DNA of 63,928 nt, the filler included, from Octopus bimaculoides (Eukaryota), in NCBI RefSeq assembly GCF_001194135.2. It is 8 parts of 6 records of this genome, joined end to end, with 100 filler letters (N's around TTAATTAATTAA, not from the genome) between each part and the next. Parts side by side here need not be neighbours in the genome. Positions count along the whole stretch, not along the records: positions 1 to 25,959 come from NC_068981.1; 7 more parts are not named here. One strand, given 5' to 3'. Numbering within the stretch: position 1 is the stretch's first letter; every line of letters begins with the position of its first letter. The notes under the pieces are model-generated. The model searched no databases and was not told the origin of the DNA. It saw only the letters and a list, made by a program, of their open reading frames with translations. Below, one piece after another: positions 1 to 14,400 of this stretch. The position numbers were made by a program, and so were the translations under genes.

Positions 1-608
1 CACATACATATTTATGTATGTGTATATGTATGTTTAGATTTATGCATGCCTGCATGTATGTATGTATGTATGTATGTATGTATGTAGGCATGTATATATG
101 TGTGAGTGCGAAGCATCCATAATGGGATTAGAACATGAAAGCAAGAATGTAGTCCTGACACACATCATTCTCACTCTTTTATGAGTCCTTTTCTATCCTG
201 TGTTTGCTCTCATCATTGCTAATTCACAAGAGAAAATATTTATAATAATATTTCCTTTCATTTTGTGAGAAAATGCCTCCTGTGACTCTCTTAAATGCTT
301 AACCAAATCCAAAATCTTCGGAGTCTTTACGTTTTCAGTTTTTATCTTTATAATGTTCTGACGTCATACTCAGATACTTCTCACATACAACATGTTTATT
401 TCGCCTTTAATACAGACCACATAGATTACGTTTCAACATCCTCGGGGAAATCATTTCAAGCATTGATGATGACAATCAAATAAACACATTTAAACCCGCG
501 AATATGCTCCACTTTGGGCTGGAAATAATGCAAATACTGAAAACAATTTCAGATTGGGTAAACAGATTGCCTGAAATTCATTTGGTACAGCAAAAACTAA
601 TCTGATTA

Positions 609-1250
<642 letters not shown>

Positions 1251-2603
1251 TATCAACAACAACTTTAAAGTTAATAAGAATAAGAATAAAATGTTTTGTA
1301 TGTATGTATATATAGAAGATTATACAAACGTGTGATACAAAAAAGGTTACATGAAAAGATAAACATATTTTTTAAAATATCGGATATTGGTTAGGATTTA
1401 GCCCTTTGCGATATATTCAGTTAAACCGTTAGTTCTAAAAGCACATGTAAATACAAATAATTCAAATTCGTTCACATAGTGTGTAAGCATCTGCTACGTA
1501 AATAGTTTGTATCAGCGTACCCAATGACCACAGTATTCTGGATGCCATGAGTTTATTCTGTCAAAACGGTAAGTCCAATATATCATTTGGAGTGTGATTC
1601 AGTAGTTCTACACAAGCTTGAACACATTAATCTCCTCTCAAATAGGGTCTATTATTTCCTATGTATTCACTCTCCAATCTACACATTTCATTTGTCCTTA
1701 TCCGGCTTCAGCGGATTCCACCACTATCTTTTTTTTTTCTAGTATAGTGGTGGTTAAGTAGAGTGAATTGAAGACATTACTTACGAATATGTCTTGCTTC
1801 ATGCATTTGTCTAGATCTATTCACTTTTGTTTACTCCCTCTTTATGTTTGTTTCCCATGTTTCAAGAACTCTCTCTGTTGTCCATCGTTGTAAGTAATGG
1901 TCGACTTTGGTATCGGCTACTGTTGACACAGAGACAAAGAACACTAAGTGCATGAGCACTGAATCTATCATAAATGGTGTATTTGAAGCAATGTATCTGC
2001 AATGAATTTCGTCTTTGGGTCACACTGTCGTCGTAGTTTTAAACTGTGCTGATATGAACAATCCTATGGTCTCTCATTTTTCTTCCCACTAGTGCCTACA
2101 ATTGATCAATAATGCATTCAATATTCGTTAAAAGGTACTTCATATAACTCATCCTCCACATTTGATCCCTAATGTTAGGGAGCAGGATGAGCAGCTGGTA
2201 TATTTACAAGAGCAAAAGAATCAAGGAAGATGTGTGGAATATGCAATACCAAACAGCAAAGCAGCAGCTTCATAAGAATGTAGTTACAGCTGTAAATACG
2301 ATGCATGTTCTGTTAATAGAAGAGATCAATTTGATCTCGTCTCAAAAGCTGAAGACACTTAAGTATCCCCGACAGAAGTACCACTCTATTATTATAGTAG
2401 TCATTATTGTTGTCGTTATTGTTATTACTGCTGTTAAATTACATTCTGTAGGCGTAATACCATGAGCTCCACATATGTCGAATTCTCCGAGTATTTGGAA
2501 ATTGTACTTTTAGTTGTAAACAAGAACATAAGAAATGTATACACCATAAAGAATGTGTAGATTTATTGTAAGAATCATTCCTATTCCCTTTTGGGGAAAT
2601 ATT

Positions 2604-2703
2604 TTATTTTATGGAGAAAATAATTTCATGTATATATAAATTGATGAAATGGCTTCCTCGAGCGGGAACGCCTCCAAAATCTTGAACTATAACAAACTTG
2701 TTT
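2604..2703 (-). CDS. Last coding exon of uncharacterised minus-strand gene (R|NKFVIVQDFGGVPARGSHFINLYIHEIIFSIK*)
   Basis: Strong acceptor (ttttattgactttctgcag), phase 2 matching the upstream exon, TAA at 2606-2604, AATAAA at 2567-2562. Confidence 0.65.
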
Positions 2704-3188
2704 CTGCAGAAAGTCAATAAAACATGAAAAAAATTACGTAACACGAACTACAATGCTTTTCTGCAGTAATGATAAAGCGTAAATAAAAGGAAATATGACT
2801 TGTCTATATGTATTAACGTTAAGAGTTGTTCTAACGATTCACTTAGTTATACGTACACGTAAAATATTCCATGCAAAAATTTGAAATATAGAAATGATTT
2901 TGCGAATACTTATTTCTATAAGTACATTTCAAATATTGGCAATATCTCTTTCAGAATATGTGTGGCGGCATTATAACACAAAATCCGTTTCGCGTAACCT
3001 GGGGATATACCCAAGAGTGCACAAGAATTATGTTAAAATATGACCAAATTCTCTACATCTACGTAAGAGCCCATGCACTCTGAGAAGACGAACGCAGATG
3101 TACAGTATTTATATGTGTATGTATACATACATACATAAATATGTGTGTATTTGTGTGTGTATGTGTGTGTGTGTGTGTGTGTATGTGT

Positions 3189-3229
<41 letters not shown>

Positions 3230-3505
3230 CGTGTGTGTATACAAATGAACTACAGTTCTTTTAGTTTTAATGTAAACCGACTAAGAACATGATGATATGT
3301 AAAGTCTGTAAACTTTTTATATGTAGACAATATGATCTATGAAGAAACAATAGGTAATATGCGTCTATTCATATTTGAAGAGTCATTACTCTTTCTTCAG
3401 TATCACAACTATCCCTTTAACTATCCACAAACACATAGCTTAAATATGCACTAAGTATAGCGGCTTGTATGAAAGAAAGAGGGGAAGAAACAGAGAGAAA
3501 TAAAG

Positions 3506-3544
<39 letters not shown>

Positions 3545-3789
3545 GATTAAATTACTGGAGTATGTGTATTAACAACGGTTCTTTACATTTCTATTTTTTT
3601 ACTCTAGAACAGGACATAAGATCATGAGGCTCAATGTTAGCAATCAAATACTTTAAGATATAAACACATAAATATACGCATATATACGCACGCACACACA
3701 CGTATACATATGTATACACACATGCATACACACATATATAAATTTAGTACACGCAAACATTCATGCACACACACACACACATTTATACT

Positions 3790-6000
3790 ATCGTAACTTT
3801 CCGTGAGAAGTCGGAAGTGAAAGAAGTGCGCTCAGTATAGTCTTTAGAGGTAAATGTTATTATTAATACACTCTACTGCCGTATGGGTATCGTGGGTTTC
3901 AAAATTCATATTTGTAGATAATTTTTTAATGTCTACATTTTATATGGATTTCTCATCAGTCTCACATAAGATGCTGATATTAATTTGAGATCACGTGATT
4001 CAAAGGAATGGTATTGTTCAGGGTATATAAGTCCTCTTATATTTTGGTGAAAATTACTTGTTCACATACTTGTCGTTTGTAGATGTGTGATTGCTAGATT
4101 GGATAGTTACTTTATGTCTGTTTATGCTGTGTTTGTTCATGCTTAGTATCTGTGTCAGCCTATTAAAATTGTTACACATTACTTGCAGATTGTTATGAGT
4201 TTAGTCTCATGTGTGTTAATCCCTGACTTGTAACCCGAAAATCTCAGGCAAAGTACATATGCCTTTGTTACCCTAATATACAGCCTGGACCCATCAAGGA
4301 TTTTCCCTTTGATGTTATAGGATATTCCTTTATTAGTTTGCGGACTCGCTTTGCAATGCCGTTGTCGTTCTATTTTATTTTATTTTTAGATGTTTAAAGG
4401 GTGCGATATATAAGTAGTAGTTAAAACGATTTTAAACCATACCCTCGTATTTTTCCCCCCTTTTCTGCTTTGTTGGTTTCAGTAGTTTTAACGTTCACTA
4501 CGCTATACACTATATGCTTCACTTGACATTCTTGTCATATCGAGTTTTATACATTATTTTGAGCAACACCTCGGATTTTTTCGGATTTGACTTTCTGGGT
4601 GATTTTCGACTTCATGAAAGATCCGAAGGTATAGCTGATTTTCATTGAAGTCCTATTGAGTATCTACCTAGAATTACGTTGGGGGGTTGGGTGTCTAATA
4701 AATTCATATCGAAATTAGTTTTCTAACTTAGGGAGAAAGGAGGTGGGGACCAAATAATTTTCATACATCTGTTTTTGCATTTCTGTCCTGGTTTAGGGCT
4801 ATACATGTATTTAATGTTATCTTAAATCTGCTATCTATTTCAGCTGCTTTAATCAAACATTTGTTTAAAGGAAAATAAGCTGCAGATTTTGTGGCTCATA
4901 TTGGGGCTTGGATATTAAATACTACCTGCGAGTGGAATGACCCTCTTTTATATAACTTAGCTCTTTATTCGGTTTACGGTACGGTTTATAAACACCTGTG
5001 ACTAAGTGTGGGTTATCAACTAAGAAATTAGCATTTGTTAGGTTAATGTATTTTCTTATATTCCAACCTAAATTGCTATGGGTCTCAGGTCATTACCGAA
5101 TACATCCATGGAATATGTGTAGCAATTATGTGAAATAACTAAAATATAATCGGTAAAGATCAATGGTTTGTTTGCAGAATTTTTCTTAAAGTTTATCTAG
5201 GATAAATATTCCGATCACGTCGCATGCATCATCACTCTCGTACGATCCCATTGCGATATCAAAGGCATCTTCTGAATTTATTTTTCAAACCAGGTAGATT
5301 CGTTATTAAATAGGAGGGTCTTTCGGGCGTGCATAATTAAATTGAATACTTGGTCACTGATAGGACCAAGTCTACGGGATAAACCTAAAGCGTTATCTAG
5401 TTTAAGGTCTAGTGAATAACGGTTAAAAATCAGTAATATCAAAGTGTGTAATCCAGTTTTTATTTTTCTACGAGAATAGCATCAAGCCAAGTTATCACAG
5501 CAGATGTATTATTCCACAGAACTACGTACATTTCTGTCTCTTAAAATCTTCTTACTAGCTAATTAATTTAGATATGAACCTGTTGTTGAAATCTTGTTTA
5601 TGATCGGTTGGCAACGTATAAACATTACGTTTAGTTAGACATTTAATTCTCTTAATTATATTTAAGGTTCTGACATCTTTGCATTTACCATTACTATGCG
5701 TTATTTTTTAGCTGGAATATTATGTAAGAGCTTGTTATATTTATCGTTAGCAACTACAAATAAGATTTTAGTTTTATCTGTAAAGGCGGATATGTTTCTA
5801 GACGATTTTGGTTTGTGTAATTCGTTTGAGAGATTAGTTTGGCATTTAGTGTTCTTGGTCATAACTTGTTGGTCTGCTTCGAATGAGAAGAGGTAAGTAT
5901 CTGCACGATTTTATATTATAATATTCAGAAGCAGCTGTGATTATCTCTTTTACATGGAATGATTGATGGGAAGAATAGCAATTACTTGGTAAGAATGGCA
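3790..6000 (-). mobile_element. Decayed Penelope-like retroelement (RT + GIY-YIG remnant, Neptune-like)
   Basis: Minus-strand motifs with stops and frameshifts: DHKQDFNN, FDITDF, LIMHARKTLLFNNESTWFEK, FDIAMGSY..DACDVIGIFILDKL, TGVYKPYRKPNKELSYI. Confidence 0.85.
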
Positions 6001-6554
6001 CTTTCCAGCCAGACAAGGAAAGCACCCCAAAGAGATGAAAGTTTGTACCACCAAAATATAGACTTATAGGAGATTGAATACTATACGAAAAATATACCAA
6101 GACCAAGTAATATGATTTACACCAAAACACAGACTGATAAGGTGGAAGATGTGTGCAGAATGAGATTGGAGGTACTTCTTATTAACTGGATATAAGTATA
6201 TATGCTTCTCTCAATCTATCTATCTAGGTGTGTGTGAATACATGTGTGCTTATGCATACACATTCACACACACACACACACACACACNNNNNNNNNNNNN
6301 NNNNNNNNNNNNNNNNNNNNNNNNNNNNNNNNNNNNNNNNNNNNNNNNNNNNNATACACACACACACAGGGGCAAGCACAGATATGTTTAGCAAACAGCG
6401 TATTTTGACGGTTGTCAAAATTGTTGATGATCAGTTAATGAAGGTGCGTAGATAAGTTTTAAGTAATCAGTTCTCTAAACTTTTCATATTAATGGGTCTA
6501 AATGCAGTGTAGTCATGCCCAGTTAGGGACAAAGCTGTTGCTCACTCTCCTTAC

Positions 6555-6593
6555 CTTCCATGAATAAACACTGTTGCGACTTCATGTAGAAAT
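6555..6593 (-). CDS. Internal 39-nt exon (E|FLHEVATVFIHG|R)
   Basis: gcatag acceptor and gtaagg donor; phase 2-2 keeps the frame open with both neighbours. Confidence 0.6.
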
Positions 6594-7655
6594 CTATGCA
6601 GGCGGGGTCACAATCACCACTGTCACAATAAAGATGGGCAATGGTTTAAAATTTGGAGCCATTTATTTTCTGCTCATGTGTCACAATGTGCACGTGTGAT
6701 ACGTGTACAAATGAGTATTTTATTTTTAATACAGAAATGAGATAAACTTACATAGAAAATTACTTGAACAGGGATTTCGGTTATTTGCTTTCTGACATTA
6801 TATTCTGATAATAATAAAATATTCTGACAGGTCTAAACACGCGCCCCTCCTTTAACATTCATATACTACGAAACGTAATGTAAACTGATACATTTCATGA
6901 ATAAATTAGCCATCATTTCTCTGGTGCATTCTGGCACATTTTACTGACACAGTCATTTTATGGGGCATTCTGATACATTTTACTGATATTTGGCTTCCTG
7001 ATATAGAACTTTCTTGTAATAAAAGTTTTACTACAAAAAAAAACGTAAAACATTTAAGAAGATTATCATGGCTGATATACACGGACAAGTGTACTAAATG
7101 GGGGAAAAAAATTGAATATACTGAAATTTAATGCTTCAACATTATAAAATGCACACAGTCAATTAACAATAAAATATTATATTTCAATCATTGATATACA
7201 ATTATCCACAAATTACTATAAGTGTATATCTCAGGTTAACATAAGAAAGCCACTAAATATACTTAAATTAACTTAGAAAAAATCTGTCGGCTCACCACCA
7301 CAATAGCAGCAAAATATTGGCCATATCGATACAAACCCACGCTCACAACAACAGGAGACAACCCCAAAACATTTAGGGATGACAGCAGTCCTCCCACACA
7401 CGGACAGACATAAAAAGACACGAGCGGCAAGTCACAAGACAAAGCAACATCCGTCCCAGTTGCAAACCGGAAATGACCCAAACCCGACAAGCCGCAAAAC
7501 CAAAGCCAAACAAAAACATAGTAACAAGCGTATAAGTGGAGATAACGAGCACAACAGACGCTTGTTTTGAATTCTCGTAGTTCACACAATGGCATCTCAG
7601 TCTACAAACACGCTATATAGTACATGGCATCGGGTAATTGTTATATATATATATA

Positions 7656-7686
<31 letters not shown>

Positions 7687-7879
7687 ACATAAGACATTAA
7701 AATAAAACGTAGAAGTATATCTACATAGTTTTTTTTTTCATTACCAGTCTTTTAAACAGTATATTTTCTATAAACCACATTCCTACATATTTTGTGCTGC
7801 ATGAATATCTTGTTCTGTAGTGTCCATTTTCATACTGTTGTTCCGCTGCCTTAAGATTTATGTTGGTTGAATGTATTCA

Positions 7880-8280
7880 TGCAGTTTACTCAAGACGTTG
7901 AAACTAGTAGAGTTTGCAGGGCACTAAAGTATAATGGTTTTGGCAATCATATATCTTAGGCAGGGGACATTTGTATAGAGTGCAAATGACAGCAGAGGTG
8001 GTAGAGAGAAATACTTGATGTAGCTATGAAATCCATAATCAAATTAATCCTACAGTGAACCTAATGCTTGAAAATATTGTCCAGACACGATAAGAACTAA
8101 ACTACGTTAGAGTATTTTTCGTCCACAAGCCTTAAGCGAAATGGACAAAGTAAATTTTTGCATGAAGTAGGTACATTAAGGGTAGCTAGATCACTTCTTA
8201 GCAAAGCACTAACATTTGCGATGAGCATCAATACTATATCTAAAGAAGAAGTAAACGTTATATTAACTATTGAATTCGAG
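7880..8280 (+). mobile_element. Possible highly decayed Penelope-like RT fragment
   Basis: SLLSKALTFAMSINTISKEEVNVI resembles the LL.KAL.FA segment preceding HARKSLLF. Confidence 0.35.
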
Positions 8281-8685
8281 TGAAATTACTGGGAAAGACA
8301 AAGTAGGCCTGTTTTGTTCGGCATACCATGGGATCTAGAGATTCAGCTCAGGTAATGGCTTTAGTAGTTACCTACAACGTAAAATATATAAATAATGAAA
8401 TTTCACTAATAGCTGAAGATATTGATATTACCTATTGTAAATAAATCATAACTACTTAGTAACAATTGAAATGACGGAAAAAAATTGTAGTAATACATTC
8501 ACACGCACACACATATACACCCACACACAACATATAGAAAGAGAGAATATGAGGGATTTAATTCACTGGTGATCTAAACGAATAGGTACGCTGTGTAGGT
8601 GCTATAATCCATCATTCGTTAGAGTCCAATTTCACAGCTGAGGTTGGAATTAGAGATCAGTAGTAGGTTTCCGATTTAGCATGTA

Positions 8686-9294
8686 TATATTAGGGGGAAA
8701 AGGACAACAAAAACCAGGGCAGTTATAATATTTAATTAGAGTAAGGTGAATTTGAGATAATTAATTATTAATTAGTTAATTAATTAACTAATTACCCATG
8801 TGGACCATTTTCATACTTGCTAATCACTTTATTTTTTCAACATGAAGGCAACATACAAAATACTGCCAGGATTTACTTGGGATTATACTTGAGGACCTAT
8901 ACTTTCACGGAAGTACGGGTGAACTCCATGTCTCCGGAAGAAAATGAGCTGTGAACTTTATTCTCCTGTCAGTATTCTTCTATCTATTGTTTTACTCTTC
9001 ATTCTTCTATCTAATACCTGATCCCCTTATAATCTGTGAATTACCTGTCTAGAACTTTCATAAATGCTACTTTGACAGTGTGGAAATAATACCCAGATAA
9101 TGGAGATGCTGACTTATCACTATCACTCGGGATTTGACAGGAACATCAGTAATATATCCAATAATTAGTTAACTAATTAATGAATTTATTAATTAATTAA
9201 TTACCTCAAATTCACGTTGCTCTAATTAAATATTCTAGATGACTCGAGATACTCATCTTGCTTTGGTTTTTGTTGTCCTTTCCCACTAATATAT
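8686..9294. mobile_element. MITE-like element with about 110-bp imperfect terminal inverted repeats, TA-flanked
   Basis: ttagggggaaaaggacaacaaaaacc...aattagagtaaggtgaatttgagataatt mirrors aattacctcaaattcacgttgctctaatt...ggtttttgttgtcctttcccactaa. Confidence 0.75.
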
Positions 9295-9299
9295 ATATA

Positions 9300-9682
9300 T
9301 AAATATATATGGGAGAATTTACGAAAAAGACAAAAACAGACGAGGACATGTGGTGTAAACAACACAAGGACGTGTTAGTTTAACGCTCGGGAATAGAGAA
9401 AGTCTTCAACGTTTCGAGCTACGCTCTTCAACAGAAAGAATACGGAGAAAACAAGGAGAAAAACAAGGAGAAAAAAATTGAATGTTTTGGTCAGCGATCT
9501 ATCATGCCGACTGCCGNNNNNNNNNNACGGAGAAAACAAGGAGAAAAACAAGGAGAAAAAAATTTAATGTTTTGGTCAGCGATCTATCATGCCGACTGCC
9601 GGACAGAAATTTCCCGCAGGAGAGCTAAGAAAAAGGGGAGATAACAAAAGGGGAAAGAAACGGTGACCCAAATACGAGGAGC

Positions 9683-9717
<35 letters not shown>

Positions 9718-10400
9718 ATGCTGGTGATCTTCACGTATGTGTGTGTATGAAGGTGTGAAAAAATGGGGAGGGGAGAAAGGAGTTGGTCAGTTGTGGTGTG
9801 TGCGTGGTGTGTTGTGAAGTGATGTGTGGTGTGATGTGAGGGTGTTGGGATGTGGGGAAGGCGAAGTCGGGGGAGGAGAGAGTGGGGAAAGCATGGGTGG
9901 AGTTTGGGTTATATATATATATATATATATACATATGTATGTATACATATATGTATATAAAGAAACATATATATATATACATATGTATATATACATACAT
10001 ACATATATATGCATACATACATTCATACATACATACATATGTATATATATATACAAAATTAAGTGGAATGGCCACTAAAAGTGGACTCCTATATGTTAGA
10101 AATAGATGCCGAATCACCTAACCACGAAAAGTATGTTCTCCCCAAAAAATTGGAGATCTTGGTGCGGACCAAATTGTTGTGTGGTCAATATTTTAGAATT
10201 ATATTGTTTTTTTTTTTCTGCACATGTTGTTCTTATACGTGTGTGCTGAGGAAGTTCCTCATTGGGGCACATTTCTTCTCTGTGTGAAGTTTGCGTACTA
10301 TGTGTGTTCATGTTTCACGTTTAGGAAAGGAGCTATCCTGGTAGGATTACTGACGGAGATAGTGCTTCTCGGCCTAATTAGCTAAATATTTTGCTTAATT
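9300..10400 (-). mobile_element. Decayed Penelope-like 3' region (pLTR with hammerhead-like motif, CA-rich spacer, linker remnant)
   Basis: Same layout as 23690-25939; remnant IILKY*PHNNLVRTKISNF. Confidence 0.5.
9403..9440 (-). ncRNA. Minimal hammerhead-ribozyme-like motif (variant core)
   Basis: tcttt-CTGTTGA-A-GAGC-gta-GCTC-GAAA-CGTT-gaaga. Confidence 0.5.
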
Positions 10401-10410
10401 GTTTCCTTAC

Positions 10411-10496
10411 TCTACCATATCATGTCCGTTTTTGTTGTATACTACTCTCAGTCCACCGCCCCCATAAAACCGATATTGGTTTCTGTTATTTATTTT
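10411..10496 (-). CDS. Internal 86-nt exon (KINNRNQYRFYGGGGLRVVYNKNGHDMV|E)
   Basis: ctctttatatcttag acceptor, gtaagg donor, phase 0-2, open frame. Confidence 0.7.
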
Positions 10497-10803
10497 CTAA
10501 GATATAAAGAGCTAGAAGGTCAGCTCTCTCTCTTTGCTATGTTCCTACTATCTCAGTTTCATAATGTTCCTAACATGAAACCAATGGTAACCATAATTCA
10601 CAAACTGATACATTATAAGCACCGATATGACATGATGGATAGTATAGGGAAACCTTATGTAAAATGTTTAACCAATTAGGCCTAAGAACGACAATTAATA
10701 CATGCCTTAATACACTTAACTTCCTAGGCATTAACATGAATCTTAACACAAGAAAATTTAAGCCCTACTAGAAAACAAATAGGGTAGCCTCTGTAAAACT
10801 TAC

Positions 10804-10836
10804 CTGAAGTTTATCATTTAGTATATTTGAGCATTT
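10804..10836 (-). CDS. Internal 33-nt exon (KCSNILNDKLQ)
   Basis: tgtctag acceptor, gtaagt donor, phase 0-0; 98-nt intron separates it from the preceding exon. Confidence 0.65.
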
Positions 10837-10934
10837 CTAGACATGCAACTATATGCATTGGAATACATACATAAAACAAAACATGCACATCTGCACATAT
10901 AAATTCATAGATACGTAAATACATACACACATAC

Positions 10935-11022
10935 CCTGTAGTTGATGTTGAAATTCCAATGAAGGAGCCTTGGATCCAGGTTAGAAACTGGCTCTTTATT
11001 AGCAAGAAAATTTGCAATAAAA
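10935..11022 (-). CDS. Internal 88-nt exon (FIANFLANKEPVSNLDPRLLHWNFNINYR)
   Basis: attattcag acceptor, gtatgt donor, phase 2-0; the frame continues through four downstream exons. The exact acceptor is uncertain. Confidence 0.6.
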
Positions 11023-11202
11023 CTGAATAATGACATACATACATACATACATACATACAAACATGCACATATACACATCTTTGTTGGTGTTTGTATTTGT
11101 GTTCGTGTACTTCAGCGGACATGACGGGTGTGCATGCATAGTACAGCCACGTGGAAGTGAATAATTGGGATTTTTAAATAGATTATCGACATAACACTTT
11201 AC

Positions 11203-11225
11203 CTTTCGGTCTGGCGTATTTGAAA
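11203..11225 (-). CDS. Tentative 23-nt exon (FQIRQTE|S)
   Basis: cgttag acceptor, gtaaag donor; ends in phase 2 as the next exon requires, but upstream phase continuity is unresolved. Confidence 0.35.
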
Positions 11226-11460
11226 CTAACGTTAGAGTGAATAATTATAGAATTTATAAGCAAACAAGTGATAAAATCAAAATGAAACCAGAATAGTTTC
11301 TTAAATCATGTATTATATTCGGGTGACTTGTGAACGTATCCAATAGGTTGGTAACTAGAAATCAACGCGTTATTGATCATGGAGCGAATTTCATGAGAAT
11401 ACGCGAAACAACGTATCAAATGTATATATTCAGTTGTGAATTTATTACTTTAGCACGTAC

Positions 11461-11571
11461 TTGTAATTGGTTTCAAGAATGTAGCAATATAGCAGTACGG
11501 ATTGTGAATGTGAAGGTATACAATAATGAGGTATTTGAGCAAAATGTGATTATGAAATGTCCATGAGATTT
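11461..11571 (-). CDS. Tentative exon (E|ISWTFHNHILLKYLIIVYLHIHNPYCYIATFLKPIT)
   Basis: ttaataacttag acceptor, gtacgt donor, single open frame; phase 1-1 fits the 18601 exon but not directly the 23-nt exon. Confidence 0.3.
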
Positions 11572-11885
11572 CTAAGTTATTAAAAATATAAATGAAGTGA
11601 GCTGACGTCAAAAGAAGAAACTAAAGCGGAATTGAAAAACAGTGCGTCGACTCGCTCCAACGCACTCTCAACTGAGTTATTATACAAATGTCAATGATCA
11701 GATCAAGTTTATAAATATATCTATAAATCATTTTACAGAGACACCTTCTATAAAAAATATCGAATGTGAATATCATCTACACAAAATTGCTTGTTGAACA
11801 TCAACGATGTTAACATCACCGAACAATATCCTTTAGAAATATACCTAAACGATATAAGTTCAAAACACTTCTAGTGATGCGTGTA

Positions 11886-11928
<43 letters not shown>

Positions 11929-12399
11929 GTGTGTGACATATTTAAGCTTTGTAGGAATGCATTTCTACACCTATGGATATGGTGCAATCGACTTCATAAT
12001 TGTCGATGCTTATCAAATTGTTTGAGTGTGATCGGTGCTGGTATGCAATATTTACAAACGTTGACATTCTTCAAATGTGTGAGATGGTATATTGGAAAAC
12101 TTTTTAAAGGAATGCTTTAAGAGCCCTTGTCAGTAATTTCTGCTTTAAGGAACATAGTTTCTCATTATGCACTGTTCTTTAAACTAATGTTTCTCTTTAT
12201 TCTAGTACCTGGTTTCCTTGCTTTTTCTACACTAATGATTAATGTTTGTGTGTGCCTGTGTGTGTATGTTGTGTGCGTGAGTATGTGTGTGTGAGTGTGC
12301 GCGTGTGTGCACCATAGCACATTCGATTAAAGATTTACTATTTGCAGAGTCATATCTGGGTGTGTGTAATATATCTGGACTTCGAAAGGAATCTTTCGA

Positions 12400-14400
12400 A
12401 TGTTATTAACCATGTTTCTTCTCATATGTGTCTTCATATGATCCTAAAGAGAGCAGCGCCATTTGAGGTGAAATGCTGCTGTCTTAGAGTTGTTATGTGA
12501 GGCGACCATGATTTCTGTAGATCAATTACACAGGTCAGGTACCAAGACTTGTGTCTATTTTAAAGTTGATGCCAAAATAATTTGGGCAGTGCTGTTGGAA
12601 TAGTTTCCACATCATACAAATCATATAGCGCACACAATGTTGTTGGAGGGAAGAAAGTCATATTATCTATTTATTTTCTGAAGAATCTCTGGGATGCTTC
12701 AGTTTTTGTATTTCGTTTCGTGTAGGGATACCACATCTCACAACAGTATTCAAGGTGAGGACGGGTGAAAGTGGAGAAGAGAATGATAATAACAGGAGCG
12801 TCTTTAGAACGAAAAGCTCTAAAGTATACAGAAGCACGCCCTGCTTGCCATGTCGACTTTATTTGTGTGATCACTCTTGCTTAATTTATTGTCGACAGTT
12901 ACTCCGAGGTCCCTAGCGGTGTGTGACGTCACGAGTTTTTCGTCTAATGGAAGAGTCTAAGGCAGCTGTAGTGCATACTCTTAACTGAAGTGGATTAATT
13001 CATATTTGTTCTTGTGTACTTGCATATTGTTTTTCTGCCCATTAGATAACAGCGACCAGACCCTATTGGAGATTAGCCCGGTTTTTCCCCCACGTCACTG
13101 TCCTTCACAAGCTTTGAATCAACCACGAAAATTATAATGCTGCTGTGCATGATTGCGTCAATAATGTAATTGATGTACATATTGAAATATGGTGACTTGT
13201 GGGACTCCACTGATAACTCTTTCCAAGCTATATCGAACACCATATGTTACCACATGCTGTATTCTGTTCACCACAAAACATTCAATACATTATAATAGTT
13301 TCCATTGTACACTAGCGTTGGATAGATTCTTTCGTTGTATACCGTTGTCAACATTGTCGAAGGCCTTGCTGAATACAAGGCAGATTATATCTGCACTTGA
13401 GCTTTCTAACAGGGCCATCAGGATGTCATCAAAACTAATACAGGAGGTATGTTAGGCAGTCCTTGCTATTGGGAAAATGTTACTATTTGGGAATAAGTAG
13501 GTTGTTCCTTTCCAACAAGTGAGATACCCGTGATCTTACAACTTTCTTAAATCATTTAAGGACATGCGGAGTAAGTGTGATCAGTTGGTAATTCACTGCC
13601 AGGAATTTGTTGCCCTCTTTGGAATCGGTGCAATCGGCTGAGATAGGAAATTATCGGCATTATAGCCAGCGTCCAGTGATTTCCTCCAGTAAATAGATAC
13701 AGGAAATATGATTTGATATCGTCACTCCGTCAGGAGTCTAGCGGGAACATGTCAGGCACCGAAGCTTATTTGTTTCTAAATGTGTTAATCGGTGCTATGG
13801 CATACTGAATATAGTGCAGTTTTTCTCCGACTAGCCATGTTGGGGTTGCTCCAAGTAGACCAGTAACCATTCTGCAGAATCTCAACTGTCTTCTGCACCA
13901 CTGATGTCTTCGTCAAAGAGTGGTCTAACACATGTGACAGAGGCCATATGCTTCTTAGCAATTGACTTTTATTTTCGCAATAACCCACTTTTCTTCCGCT
14001 ATTTATTAACTATGGGTGAGAGTCTTCATGAATGTTTGAAGATGATGCTTCTTTAATTTCAGTATAGTTATATATGTCAACTGCGACTGTTGTTGCTGGC
14101 AATATTTTCATCTGTGATTTTTCGATTCAACCTTTTTCTCATGAGAGTTCTTCGGTTGCGTGGGAGCCTGCGTTTAGTTTTGATCAAGCCTTCGTTTGAA
14201 ACACAACGGTTTGGTAGAGACCTAACGACTTTTGAGTGGAAGGATAAGTGGATTACAGAGACCGCAGTACTTGACTTATACTTATTTTGTGAAGAACGGA
14301 ATCGGGAAAGCAATACTCTGTGGAATTTGAACTTAGAACGTGAAGAGAGGCAAATTGCTAAGCATTTCATCCGAGATGCTAACGATTCTTCCAACTCACA
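12400..14400 (-). mobile_element. Decayed CR1/L2-clade LINE (spacer + RT to 3' end)
   Basis: Motifs LPRNRRTLMRKR, ADIICLVFSKAFDNVDNG, ISGVPQ, RDLGVTVDNKL, FRSKDAPVIIILFSTFTRPHLEYC. Confidence 0.85.

Noticed and set aside
1600-2100. R4/Dong-like LINE remnant on minus strand
   Set aside because: Only vague resemblance; no diagnostic motif could be read confidently.
9445-9600. Direct repeat of about 70 bp around a 10-N gap
   Set aside because: Identical overlap across a gap is typical of unmerged contig ends.
11600-11612. CRE site TGACGTCA as a regulatory element
   Set aside because: A single 8-mer with no promoter context; compatible with chance.
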